Shown: positions 10,834 to 23,829 of the stretch, piece after piece
Layout: the number at the start of each line of letters is the position of its first letter
How positions within the stretch are numbered: the first letter of the stretch is position 1
Assembly (NCBI GenBank): GCA_032718475.1
Contig: JAUCBJ010003862.1
Span: 17,167-81,166 of the forward strand
DNA length: 64,000 nt
Reading direction: 5' to 3'
From: Nemertoderma westbladi
Taxonomy: Eukaryota; Animalia; Xenacoelomorpha
Notes under the pieces: generated by a model
Databases searched by the model: none
What the model was told of the DNA's origin: nothing
What the model saw: the letters and a program-made list of their open reading frames with translations, nothing else
Translations under genes and position numbers: made by a program

Positions 10834-13800
10834 GAGCCGTCTTTCGTGTGCACAACATAGCAATGCATGCAGCGGGTTTGTCTCCCATATTCACTCTTAG
10901 ACAAACAAATACTTTAATTTCATCATTTGGGTGATCTCTCCATAAAAACCGTTTCATGTGAATCTCAGAGTCATCGAGATAAACTGAATTAAACATCTTA
11001 ACAACGTCACCAATTGTTGCATATACACCCTCTCGGAAACGAAGCAACACAGATGAAAGTGGGTTTAAAACATATGGGCCTTTAACAAGTATTGAGTTCA
11101 ATGAAATACCTTTATATAATTGACTGCTGTTCCAGACCAAACGAACTGGTGTGGTTTTACTATGAGGATTTAAAGCAACTTGGTGTGATATGTACCACAC
11201 TGGACCAGTCCAATCATTTAACTCATTATCAGTCAACTGACGTGCAGCCCCACGGTTGACCAAGTCCCAAACTTGATCACCATAGATTTTCTTCCATTCA
11301 AGTTGCTTACATAAACGTTTCTCAGTTGCCAAAAATACTCCTTTCACAGCACAATAATTGTTAGGTAACAATGAGGTATCCATTTCATATGGATAAAAAC
11401 AATCCCAATGTGGTTCCAAGCTGTGTTTATCCCCATCAGGCTGAAATATTAGCCCCTTTTCAATAAAAGCTAATTCTCTCTCCTCTTTGATCGACATGAG
11501 TTTACCACCAGCCTGACAATCTCCACAGCGACATCCTCCACATTTAGGAACTGACGAAACTCCTATTTGATCAAAACAAAAATGTCGAACGAGTTGTTGA
11601 ACTTCCTTATCTGCAGCTGATGATGTATGGAAAGGATGAGAATTTTCCTGAAAGGTTACAGACCTTGTGGTTAGACCTAAATGTACTGAACTTTCCAAAA
11701 CAGGACATCTAGCTCCCTCAGCAGATAATCGTTCATGGGCTCCACCCACCACATAACCATGTGGTCCATAATATAATACCAATTCGCCCATTTGCTCAAT
11801 TGGTTTAGGTATACTTATAGCATTTTGAAGGGAAATCATTAGAGATACTTTATCTGGCCTTCTCAAGTGTTGATGAGGAACATCTTGAAATATTTCTTGC
11901 AAAATATTTTCACTCACTTTATGTGACACTGTAGCTACTTCTGGTATACCATACACTAGATACTCCTTAAATCCTCCATTAATTAAACGCAATTTCACCA
12001 GATATTGACAAGTATCAAGTGAAAATGAACAATTTCCAATACCATGTATCGACAGAGAACATTTTTCCCCCTTGAGATTCAAACGCTCCGCTAACTCAAA
12101 AGAAATGTAAGATGTATCACTTCCTTGGTCAAATATAACTCCCTCCTCAGTTCCATCAATTATTTCAACATATTGAATCATGAGGAGACAAGGTAAATCC
12201 CGTTTTTCCAAAAACAAATCACTTTTACAAGATGTCCTTTGCGATGCAGCAATATTTGTACCAGATCTCTTATTTGATTGGTTGTGGGAGGCCTGAGGGA
12301 CAAATAGTTGGCCTGGTGACTGACCAATTTTGAACAGCCCCACTTGCTCCACTCGATGGGGCCTGAGGAATAGATCTAGATTTCACAACACCAGATCCTG
12401 AGCTATCTACATTGCTTCCAGCCGAATCACCAACACATTGAGAAGGCTGATGCAACATAATATTATGTTTCCTTGATGTGCATTCTGGGGCTGTACACAG
12501 CCTAGTACGTTCTAAATTTAGACAGTCACTGAGCAAATGATTTGCACCAAGGCAACCAATACACAAACCTTTACTACGAACTAACCTCCACCGTTGGGAA
12601 ACATTCATAGTTTTGAATTGTCTGCATTGCCACAAAGGATGAAAGGGGGTTTCTGACACACTTTACACGAGCCTTGTCCATTTCGAGGCCTACTGGATTG
12701 GGACTGTGCACCTCCTCTCACACTTGCCAATGCCGACCCAGACACATTAGAAGATTTTACTGCTGAAGTCTTACTTTTTACAGAACTCACTTTTGACTGA
12801 TCTGTAAGTTTATATTCTGCTCGCCCTTTTATGTTTAGGAGAAATTCCATCAACAATTGAAATCTTGACTCCCCTGTTATGTCATCATCATTCACTATAC
12901 CTTTAACCCATTCGTCATAATAAAGTTCGGGAAGCTTTTGTTCAATCCCTCTACATACAGTAGTATTACTAATTTCAGCGAGTGAGTTCTGACTCTTGAG
13001 GTCTACAACTGCACTTTCAATAGTTTCAACAAACGCTACTACTTGTGCAGAATCAGTAGGAGTTTCTAATGAGTTAATATCGTCAACAACAGCACTTACA
13101 GTAAAGGCCTGTGGACCAAACTTTTTATCCAGAGCCTCAAACATGACATCATAATCATCTAAAGGTAAATTTTTAAGCAATCGACGGTGTTTTTCAGGAA
13201 TATTATCCCGCATTAACTGACACACTTCAGTTTTATTTCTCCCAGGTATCACCAATGATTTAAACCTGCGAGACCAGTCCATATAATTCCGACAAGCACC
13301 GTCAAACACAGGTGGTTTGGACCGTTCAACCCGGACAGCTTCAGAATTTTTAGCCGGTAAATCAATTCCAATACTGGACTTCCGGTCTGAATCAGCAGCG
13401 TCATCACGCCGTTTTAATTGGGAAACAATATTATCAGCTATTGTTTTTACTGAATAAAAAGCAGTGTTCACATTATCACTCCAAATTAGAGCACTATTTT
13501 CCGCATCAGCATCACCTGTGACATACAACAGGAGTTCACGGTTTAGCTCATCACAAATAGATTTGGCATTCAAAACATCACCAAGCAGACCTGAAATAGT
13601 TAATTCTAGGCCTTCATTATCAGCGCTATCATCATAATCGCTCAATAATTTTCTCAACTTTATTAATAAATTTTCCACTAACCTCCCATCAGCATCCCGC
13701 TGTCTTTGAATGGAGATGGATAGCCCACTTCGATACCTTGCTTTGGCGGAATTTAACCGAGTCACTTCGGCCTGGATCCATTTATTCTCCCGTGGTTTCA

Positions 13801-14020
13801 CATTTTGAAACTCATCCTCGTCTAATGACTCTGCAAGAAGCTCCATATAAACTTCATGGGTCTCAAGTACGACTTCAGATGCCCCCTCGACCGATTTCCA
13901 AGTAGCATCCCAAATTGGACGCAAGTCAAAGTCACCCAAGGTATCCAAGGTAGTTAAACTCGACGTGAACTTTCCTTTAGCGGAAGTTCGTCTCCTTTTA
14001 GCATCGTGGACTTCCGACAT
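10834..14020 (-). pseudogene. BEL gag-pro-RT (frameshifted; RT truncated before the YxDD motif)
   Basis: PPVFDG gag motif; BEL knuckles (LCIGCLGANH...C); FDQGSDTSY protease; CGGCRCGDC; WYISH, KTTPVRLVWNSS, GDVVKMFN, RVNMGDKPA. Confidence 0.88.
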
Positions 14021-14165
14021 GTTCCGAACCTTTGTTCGGACTAGTGGTTCGCTTTATTGCGAACCGTACAATTTACCTGCAGACCTAGGCTAAATTCACA
14101 AATTCAGGTAGGCCAACAGGTACCGGTAATTTTCTGTTCAGGTGTGGGATCTGAATGGTTCGAAT

Positions 14166-14713
14166 TGTTTCACCGTGCCACCATCGATGAAATAATATAA
14201 TGAAAAAAGATCTACACCCAGAACTGCCATTGCAGTAAAAGCTTAGTTGCTTTTATATTAATAATAAATATGGCATACGGGGTCCATCAAAACACGTACA
14301 TACATATATATAAATCAGTAAATAGTAAGCTTCAATCAATACCAAATACAGGGTTGGTTCAAAAACTATACGGTTGGTTGAATTCGAATACATGCAGCAA
14401 CAGTCTGACAGTAGATAGATTCGAACCAGTTCCGTCTCCACTCCTCAAAGACATAAGTATAAACAATATTAACCGCACAGCCGGTAGAAGCCTTACTGCC
14501 GTACAGCGGTAGGCCCATCTGTCCACCTCCAAACGCAATACAGCTATACACTGAAAAGGTAGGCCTACATTCAATGCAACAAAAATAATACAATAATAAA
14601 TTCACTAGACTCGTACCGGTACTGTGGTAACCAGTATATCTGTCTCTCAAAATAACTTAAACGGGGTTATACTTTTTTAAGTACAGTAGTAACTTTCGCT
14701 CATGAGCGAAACA
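14166..14713 (-). repeat. 5' LTR of nested BEL element
   Basis: First ~270 bp nearly identical to 10552-10822. Confidence 0.93.
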
Positions 14714-14718
14714 GGCGC

Positions 14719-16299
14719 ATGTGGTAGCGACTATCTCACTCTCGGGAATGCATCTGCTGGATTATTCCTCCCCAGACTATCCTCGCTGTAGATTGGGTCC
14801 GTGATTAGTTCCGCCTCATAATTAAGGAATTTCGACATCTCCTCTAGCCCTGGCTCCGCACCCTTCTTCTCCCGAGTGGAGAAGGCGATCTTTCTCCACT
14901 TGTTTTTTAGCCAGATCGGCAGTGCCTGCGGGGTATTGTGGTGATGTTATTCGATGCATTGAGTTTGTAAGGCGCATCCAAGGTCTTCAGCACAATCAGT
15001 GCCTTTTCGACTTTATTTGCGAAAGTCTTGATGCTGACAGGGTTATCCTGTAGTCCACTTGATGTTATTCCCCTCAAGGTTTGCCGGATGATCTTAGCAG
15101 GGTGTCCGAATTCCCTGTCTAGGGCCCGCCATGCAGTCATGAATCCACCCTCGATACCTTGGTACTGCCTTACGATGTCGTATGCTGGCCCCCCTGTGTA
15201 AACTTAAGTATTTTAGGCACTCTGCCTGCGTCAGATTCTTTGTTAATATCTAGTTACTGTGCATACGCCGGAATTGCAGATATTCCTCCAGTTTGCTTCC
15301 ATCGAATTTGAACGGCTCCACTGGTGGCAGCTCGATCCTGGTCTTAAGCGCATCGATGAGTGTCGCCATTCCCATTGCCTGTACTTCTAGTGCGCTCGAT
15401 GGATGCTGTACAGATTCCCCTGCTGCTGGGTGCGGTTTGCCCCCACAGGCCTGTCGACCTCTTTTGCGTCTGATATATCATTGGGGGTAACAGTCCCCTC
15501 CATATCTCTGTATCACACAATCTATTTTGGTCCGAGGGGTTTGGGGTTTTTGTTCTTGGTTGAGTATATTGCTGATATTGTAATGGGGGAATGTCACCCT
15601 GCCCCCCCTCCCCCCCCCCCCCACCGGTGTTATATCTGGTATTGGGGTTGATGTTACCATGTTAGTGCCTATACATCTATCGGCAATAGCTCCCCCCTCC
15701 CCTGGGTATATGTAATATCCTTGCATATTATAGTCATACTGGTGTGCAGGTACCGGCATCGGCCTATCCACTCCTTGCCTATCTACCGGTATGTATGCTG
15801 CGACTTCTGGATCTAATCCCATTGTCTGCGCTACCCTATCGCCTACACTATATCTCCCAGCATGGCCTATAGTATTTTCAGTAAGGCCTACAGTATGTCC
15901 TGCAGTCTGCCTGTGTCCTTCCGGACCGAAGTTTAATCTTCTCGAATATTCCAAGAAGTCCTCCCCATGACTACCGTACTCTCGATCGGCAGCTATGTCC
16001 CATCGGGAAGTTTCTCTTTGATCCCCTCTCCTGTCCTCATCCTCATACCGGTACATCCTGTACCCTTCTCCCAGTGTGTGGTATATCTCACCAGGCTGCG
16101 TCTCTCCGGGGCAACGGCAATCTCCAGTAGTTCGACCCCACTGACTCTCTAACTCCATCTCTGCTACCGACGGTTCACTGTCCGTCCTTCCTCTCTGGTT
16201 GCTCGTAGCAACGCTTCTTCTATTCTCTTCGTTTCTTCTCTCTTCAGTGTAGCGATCCCCTTCATGAGATCTCGCTTCGACCTCCCGGATAAACTCCAC
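14719..16299 (-). pseudogene. Degenerate gag 5' region of element 4714-16997
   Basis: LPPVEPFKFDG-like motif near 15290-15330; AWRALDREFGHP; multiple frameshifts. Confidence 0.65.
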
Positions 16300-16346
16300 T
16301 GTTCTTCTTCCGTCTTCCGACTGGGCTCGATTGGTCAGTTTATGAC

Positions 16347-16997
16347 TGTAACGGGATCATAGATCCCGACTGGGTTAGATATGTACGCGTTACCGTTTCG
16401 CTGGAGTAGCTGTGCTATAGTGGTTTTGGCCGAAGGCCGTTGGGGAAATAATCTAGTTTGTGTTTCTCAATCTTCCGAAATGATAATAGCACATAACTAT
16501 GTATGTAATGAATATCACGATACAAAATAACAGCAGAAAATACACAGATATTAATTGGTTATGTTGGTAGCGGTGACGGTCATAAACTATGACTGGTCTG
16601 CAACTCTGTGATTAGTAAACTGACCGGTAAATCAGTAATACAGAATAATATATGATTGATACACTTCTGATATACTTCTGTACCCAGTGGATGCTTTCCT
16701 ATCTCTGATCACTTGCCTCCCTCCCTGCTATTGGCTAATATACTAATTGTCACTTTGGCACTCCCTGTGAGTGTTTCCCCCTGCTGCTAGCCTCTACTAG
16801 CTGTGTTCTCCCTCCAAGGTGGTTTGACCTCTCACCTCTCTCTGTGGCTTTAGGGCTTGTGTCGCCCCCCCCCCCCAAAGTTGGTTATGAGGCGAGATTA
16901 TTATTGGTAATCTCGTATCCCCAACTATATTGATAAAATGCCACTAGTTCCATTCTAAGGAAGGGTGGATAATGTAACAGAATTGAATCCGCTTACA
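16347..16997 (-). repeat. 5' LTR of element 4714-16997
   Basis: tgtaacgggatcatagatcccg...gaatccgcttaca. Confidence 0.95.
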
Positions 16998-17297
16998 TGA
17001 ACGCAAAAATAAAAATTCTGGCTCACCCACGTAGGAGGTGAAACTAACTCTGTTTCGAATTTAATGAAATCTCGTTAAGATTTGTAGAAATTTTTTTTTT
17101 GGGGTGGGGGGCGGTCGGTTGGCCATGTACTTGAATACGACACTATATATCTGGACATGGTGTGTTGTTTACACGATTATCAGTAATTCTATACTGTAAT
17201 CATATTATGTTGATTTCCATAGATATAATTTCCATCAGTTGGTTTCATACCAAAGTTATAATTCCATATAATTTTCAAAGATTAATTTATTTTGCAG

Positions 17298-18109
17298 GTC
17301 TTAAATGTTTGTTGCTCGCTCACATAATATTGTTGTACAAACATGTACCATGCACTGTGGCCGCGACCAAACAGACGTTGTTCTTGATCCTTCGAACAGC
17401 ATTCTCAACTATTTCATGGGTGTGCTTTTTAATTTCAATTCAGTTCAGTCCAATAGCCGACGCGTACACTCTATACAACACAGCGCCGGCATTCACGATA
17501 ATTCTCGCTTTTATTGTGTTGAAAGAAAAACCTGGTTTTTTCGGAATTATAATTTTATTTCTAACTTTAATTGGTGTTATGCTGGTTTCTCGCCCAGAGT
17601 TTATATTCGGGGCTACAAATCAACCAACTGATTACCCATACCACGGCTACGCTATGATATTCGCTGTTACAGCGGCTGCACTTAACTCCATGGCCCATAT
17701 TATAACAAGTAAAATCTCCACAGTATTCCATTACTCTGTATTTACTTTCTATTTGTCTCTGTTTACTGCTGTTATCGGATTGATTGCTATTACATCGTCA
17801 CCATTCGAAACGCCGATTGGCTGTTCACTGTTCGTACGTTTAACCCCAATTGGAACTGCCATCACAGACTTTATAGGTGTAATTTTCTATGTTATGGCTT
17901 TTCGCCGGGAAAAAGCTGGTCTCATATGTATTGTCCTGAGTCTGGATGTGGTGCTCGCTTTTCTGTATCAGATAATATTTTTTCACAGCGAAGTCATTGG
18001 TTACACCTCGATACTTGGTGCCAGTTGTATATTTTTTTGCACTGTGTCGATTTCGGTTAAAAAGTACATTGACACCATGATTCAAGCGAAAAAATTGGCT
18101 TCTATTTAG
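17298..18109 (+). CDS. Terminal coding exon of EamA/DMT-family (SLC35G1-like) transporter
   Basis: ttttgcag acceptor; LILR, P.ADA..L..TAPAFTIILAFIVLKEK, GVMLVSRPEFIFG, A..REKAG, QIIFF, SILGA; multiple TM helices. Confidence 0.88.
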
Positions 18110-18226
18110 GTAAAACTAACTAATATTTGGCTAGTAGCCATAAGTGTAGAATTCTATACCGAACACAGATTTGGTAGGACATGTCGTTGCTTTTATGATA
18201 TCACTCTAAACGGGATAGAGACTGGG

Positions 18227-18694
18227 AATGATGTTAGGACAATTGCAACCTGGACAATTGCGACCCGGACAATTGCGACCCGGACAATTGCGACCCGGAC
18301 AATTGCAACCCATCAATTTTTTCTAAAATCATGGGTCACAATTGACCCACAAACCCACAAACAATTGCGACCTGGACAATTGCGACCCAGACAATTGCGA
18401 ACCGGTTCGCAATTGTCCGGATCACAATTGTCCAGGTCGCAATTGTCCTAACATCAATCCCAATCTCTATCCCGTTTAGAGAGATTGTCCGGATCCAGAT
18501 AAAAAGATGTAATGTATATCATTGATAAATATCATTGTATCATTGTATATCATTGATAAATATCATTGTATATCATTGACAATTGCGACCCGGGCAATTG
18601 CGACCCATAATTTTTATTTAAAAACATGGGTTGCAATTGACCGGGTCGCAATTATCCGGGTCACGATTGTTCGAGTCGCAATTGTCCGGACTCC
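18227..18694. mobile_element. MITE/foldback built from 15-bp gacaattgcgacccg subrepeats
   Basis: Opposed subrepeat arrays; actggg duplicated at 18221-18226 and 18695-18700; absent from the paralogous copy at ~28700. Confidence 0.75.
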
Positions 18695-20359
18695 ACTGGG
18701 GTTACCAATTTAATTTCAATGACTAATTTATGTTCAAAATTGTTATCTAAAATTTCAATTAATTAATGTTGACTAATAATTATAATTATTGTTACATTAT
18801 TTGCGTCGACGCTCAAAAAATTGTTTGTGTCGACATACTAAAGAGATGAAAATTCTATATCTAAAAAAATAAAAATATATTATTTTCGCTTACCAACCCT
18901 ATCACAACAATAATACATGTGTTATTGATCTTGTATAAATTGTAAATATTGTAATATATGTATGTAAATTGTTTTCGTTATATTTAATTAATGTTCATTT
19001 ATTTAAGGTACATTGTTTATTTAAGGTGCATTAGCTTTAATATTATATTTCGTGATTAAATCATTGTTCACGCTTTTAGACCTTTAACAGTTTAACCTGC
19101 AAATTTTTTTGCTTATTAATACCTGACAGCCCAATACAAATGAACACAGCTGAAGCTAATCTAGCACGGCGTATGACCCACCGGAGGTGGGAGAGTGGAT
19201 TCAATAGCAGAGAGAGCCATTGGACACCTTGTATCATTCGATTGATCTTTCCTATATAATCTCAACTGTTCCTTTTAGGTGCTGCGCTCCAAATACTACG
19301 CAGAGATATGACTTATACTAATTACAACGGGTGGGCATGAGATAACGCAAATGTTTACATCCTTTAGGGATGTATTTATTGAACGTTCACACATAAGCAC
19401 GAATGGACAATAGTGCTGAAACACGCTAATTTGCCAACAGTCACCAATTTTACTTGCATATAGGGAGAACTTAACTCACGTACGTTGGGGACTATGAAAC
19501 AGCATATACTCATACAAACCACTGTTATTTGAACTATGCAATTGTGAATAGTAAACCCCTCCGCTTACCTCAATAAATCATAAAATCCAAGAGATCTACA
19601 GGTTATTCGTAAGTATTCTCCAACTATTAACATTAATCCATATGTTACAAATTACAGCAGATTATAACAGCATAAATCAGTATAAAATTGCGGTGTTGCG
19701 GCAATATCAGACAGTCAGTATGTGTCGCAGTGCAAGTATGCAAAATCTGAGATATTAACGTGATGCAAACGTATAGATGTGTCAATATTGTGTCAATGTG
19801 TAATAGATTTGCGTTCTGTAGCTCTCTAGCCACTGGTGTTTCTGGGTGCAAAGTCAGGATGTGTATAAACACTCACACTGAGGGGCTGCAAGAATATTCT
19901 TGCCTAAGTAGTCCACAAAGCATGAATCACATCGAACGCTGTAGAATGCATGGAATCTGCAAGAACTTCCAATCAGGGACCAGTAACCATGCCATCAACC
20001 CGTAACTAATGGATCTGGTATTTCAGGCTATGGAGTGACGTAGGGGGGAAAGTATACTGATTGGATGGTGAACAACACAGAAGGATGTAAACAAAGAGAA
20101 TAGTATCCAATGGCTGGTGATTTCGTAATCGGAGCATCTGGGTTTCCATAGGATTACACGGGAAAGTGCTATACTTAGAATAAATGCTTAAGAGTTCTTA
20201 AGAGTTTTTCAAGGGTTCAGAGTAACCAGTGCATTGTGTAAAAATGGGGAGATTTTGGCCACAAAGGCTTTAACACCGCTCCCAGAAAATGGGACTTAAG
20301 TCTATAAAATATACAATCATAGAGTCACAATTTCTTAATATAATAACTACTCTAAACAA

Positions 20360-22400
20360 TCAATCTTTATTTCTAGAATGACATTTACGGAGTTTCTTGA
20401 ACCTTTGGGCAGTGGTTGTCTTCTTCCCGACGCTACGAGCCACTTTACTCGGAGGACTATAACTCCTCGGGGAGGGGTACAATATAATTGCATCAGAAGT
20501 GTTAGGGTTGCTGTCAGTGTATCCGCAGGTCGAGGTACCTGGTTGGTCGATATCCACTTCTCTCCTGGGAAGGTGTTTCAGTATCGACACATCTACCAGA
20601 GGTTCGAAGGGGTTGAGGTCGCATGATCTTTAATGCTCATCTCAGGATAGCAGCTTGGACTGGTCCCACTTTGGTCGTCTGCACGACTGCCATTGGTAGG
20701 CCGTGGGTCGTGAGGAATTTACGGGGTTTTACAGTTCTTACTAGCCCCCGTTCCCTCGCCTTATACTCATAGGGGCGTCGGTGGACCTCTTGTAACTCGG
20801 GATGTGCATTGATAAATGTCTCACCGTATTCCAGGTCTCAGCCAATACAACCAAGTAGATTATATGAGTCCAGGTTGTTTGGGTTGATATTTTTCAAATA
20901 TTTGGTGGAAATGGACTCACCTACACATTTGAGTAGTTCATAACTGGGAATACGAGTTTTCTGTTCGATTTGGGGAAATAGATAAGGGTGAAATGCGTAC
21001 ACTCCCTCATATGCGCATACGGGATATTAATGGTGGCGCGAATCGCAGTGGAGGTCTGCACTAGCTTCCCAAGATTGTATGTATCGCAATACAATGAACT
21101 CGTCACGCTCTCCATGTCGGGGCTAAAAGGGAAATCCCAACAAGCGTGTCCCTTTAACTGACAGTAATGGCATTGTGTCATGAACTGTGGGCAAACTGCG
21201 AAGATATGCTTATCATTGACTTGACAATAAGCACAATATCTCCATTGGTAGTTGATCTTTGAAGTAGGAACAGAGTTCATCGGAGGTCAACAGAGTAGCA
21301 TGATCACGAGAGGCATATAAACGCCAAAGGTTCCTAAACACGTCGCTGGCGTGTCGGTAATCATAGGCAGTGAGATGTTGTGGGCCTTGATACCACTCCA
21401 GTGTGTGATCATCATCACTACTACGAGGGACTCTTGGTTGGATTTCATCCGCCTCCATGCAGGTGGGTTCCTCGTCAGTCGGCAGAAGTTCTACGGGTAT
21501 AGTCATTCTTTGCTTGGGTTCTGCAGATTGTATTTCCCTAACCGAATATCCCGAAAGGATTTTAGGTCTCTGCAGAACATTAGAATGCATATTCTGTATG
21601 CATACATCTTTGAATATAGCGAATCCGGCACTAGCTAATTTCTCAGCAGCGGAATCTCACAGGCTGAGTTTGGTCAGAATGCAGTCTTTAAACTGACTAT
21701 CAACATTCCGAAATGGAGTCAGAAAGCGCCTGAAACATTCAAATCGGATGAATTTGTTATGTTCATCTAATTTCGCGAGTTTGGTTCCCAGGATTAAGGG
21801 GTGGGAGCATATGGTTCTACTGCACACATCGACTAACCATCCGGAAAGTGCTATATTTTCGAATATGGTATAAATGGCTGAGGAAGGATGAAGGGGCACA
21901 CTCATAAAACTATAAACCGCTCCAGGTGCCTTCAATGGTCCATCTAAATATAAATAGGAATAATGGTCACCATAAACTTGCTGGTAGTTGAGCTGATTCC
22001 CAACCTTAAAGTTCCATCCATACTCTTGATATGCTAAATGTCTGATATAAGTTTGTTGAACTTTGTTGATCCCACTAGGCATAGTGGCATACATGGTTCG
22101 GAAAATTCCTCTGCCTTCCGCCCAAGGTGCTATTAGCTGGGTATCGATGAATGGATATGGAATATTATTCATATTCCTAAAATCATTCTGAAGATCTCCA
22201 TAGATCGCAGAACCGAATTTAATTTTTCTCTCGTCGAATAACATATCGAGTACAGGTTGCGGAAGCATGGATCCATCTATTCCCATATCTGGTTTCCGCT
22301 TGGTATCCTGGATTAAGGGTTGTGAACAACCAGATTTACGACGCGCAATAGTACCAGTTGTTCACAGAAGTTTCTCACTTCCTTTCAGTCCTTGTGTCAA
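20360..22400 (-). pseudogene. Accessory ORF with CCHC knuckles, apparently homologous to 6167-8224
   Basis: 21657-22286 and 21213-21590 share a frame; CAYCQVNDKH..AVCP and CHYCQLKGH; shared ENI..G.....C..P..G and P..LSG motifs. Confidence 0.6.
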
Positions 22401-22917
22401 TGGTTGTGACTATGAGGAAGTTGGTGGTTTGTTGACTATCAAATCAATATGGAGAGGGCGGAGGTGGAGATGGATATGCTAAATGTCTGATATAAGTTTG
22501 TTGAACTTTGTTGATCCCACTAGGCATAGTGGCATACATGGTTCGGAAAATTCCTCTGCCTTCCGCCCAAGGTGCTATTAGCTGGGTATCGATGAATGGA
22601 TATGGAATATTATTCATATTCCTAAAATCATTCTGAAGATCTCCATAGATCGCAGAACCGAATTTAATTTTTCTCTCGTCGAATAACATATCGAGTACAG
22701 GTTGCGGAAGCATGGATCCATCTATTCCCATATCTGGTTTCCGCTTGGTATCCTGGATTAAGGGTTGTGAACAACCAGATTTACGACGCGCAATAGTACC
22801 AGTTGTTCACAGAAGTTTCTCCCTTCCTTTCAGTCCTTGTGTCAATGGTTGTGACTATGAGGAAGTTGGTGGTTTGTTGACTATCAAATCAATATGGAGA
22901 GGGCGGAGGTGGAGATG
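22028..22917. repeat. 445-bp near-perfect tandem duplication
   Basis: 22028-22472 repeated at 22473-22917; duplicated ORF translations in track. Confidence 0.95.
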
Positions 22918-23829
22918 GTTGATACTTTAAAATATCAATACAGTGATACATGGGCAGGATATATGGACTGGACAGGACACCAATATAAGCATCCAGTTAA
23001 ACAGTAAGGGGGTGGAGAGGTTTTATGGAAGAGGGTATGTTAGCACCACGATAGAGCTATGACTGGTCAATATTTCTCAACCTGTTCCCTTGTTCCATCT
23101 GTGATGTCTACCGGGTCACTCAGGTCGGACCATTCCCAGACGTCAAGAATTTCATCAAGATCTAGAATATTGGTCTGCATATTGAATACTGATCGCATTC
23201 TGAGCGATAAGATGAAAATCCTACAATGCACTCAAGAACAAGAACAAACTAGAAAACTCAAAGAATATGAGGCCTGAAGGTACGCTGAAATGTTGGAAAG
23301 CCAAAATTAAAAATTAAAACTTCAAGCGGAACAACAAAAGTCCGAAACAAGACGTAAAACAAAAGAATCAAAGGTTAGAAATAAATAAACAAAAACTAGA
23401 GATGGAACATCAAACGGAACAAAAATATTGAAAGTGGAACTCCAAGCGGAACGAAAAAGGCGATTTCCAACAGGTGGAACAACTAAGAATGGTGGAACAA
23501 CAAAGAATAGATTGGGCGCTCCAATTACATCATAAAGAAAGGGAACTTGACTGTAGCGCTCAACTCTTATGTGAAACACAAGTCGCTACAGAGTAAAGAA
23601 TTAGTATGGAGGAAGTTGAAGTTAAAAGGAGTGAAGGAGAAGATGTTCCAGAACCCACTATACCGAACATCACCCTAATAGACACTAGAAGCTTCCTAGA
23701 CCATCCTCAATACGAACCTATACTACTCTTATAGATGAATCGACGAGTAATGATAACCTTAATGGCAATGTTATAATAATGTTAATGACAATGTTAATGA
23801 GAATGTTAATGACAATGTTAATGATAATG

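Larger units (their letters stand above)
10552..14713 (-). mobile_element. BEL/Pao LTR retrotransposon nested in the gag of element 4714-16997, internally deleted
   Basis: LTR 14166-14713 (tgtttcacc...gaaaca); partial LTR 10552-~10833; TSD GGCGC (10547-10551, 14714-14718). Confidence 0.92.
4714..16997 (-). mobile_element. Non-autonomous BEL/Pao-related LTR element (gag + protease + accessory ORF; no RT/RNase H/integrase of its own)
   Basis: TG...CA LTRs at 4714-5384 and 16347-16997; 5-bp TSD TGAAC (4709-4713, 16998-17002); minus-strand PPT (plus ctcccccc at 5385). Confidence 0.92.

Noticed and set aside
14140-16346. tRNA primer-binding sites next to the 5' LTRs (near 14155 and 16325)
   Set aside because: Only weak ttcgaacc/tcgagcc similarity, no canonical TGG start; cannot assign a tRNA
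4350-17144. tagtgtc...gacacta as ends of a hAT element around the LTR nest
   Set aside because: Only 7-bp match and no TSD
17162-17297. N-terminal 45 aa of the transporter ORF
   Set aside because: Intronic read-through; acceptor at 17297 and a better upstream exon at 3970-4094
18236-18690. Regularly spaced 15-bp repeats as CRISPR or iterons
   Set aside because: Head-to-tail subterminal repeats of a MITE, no spacers
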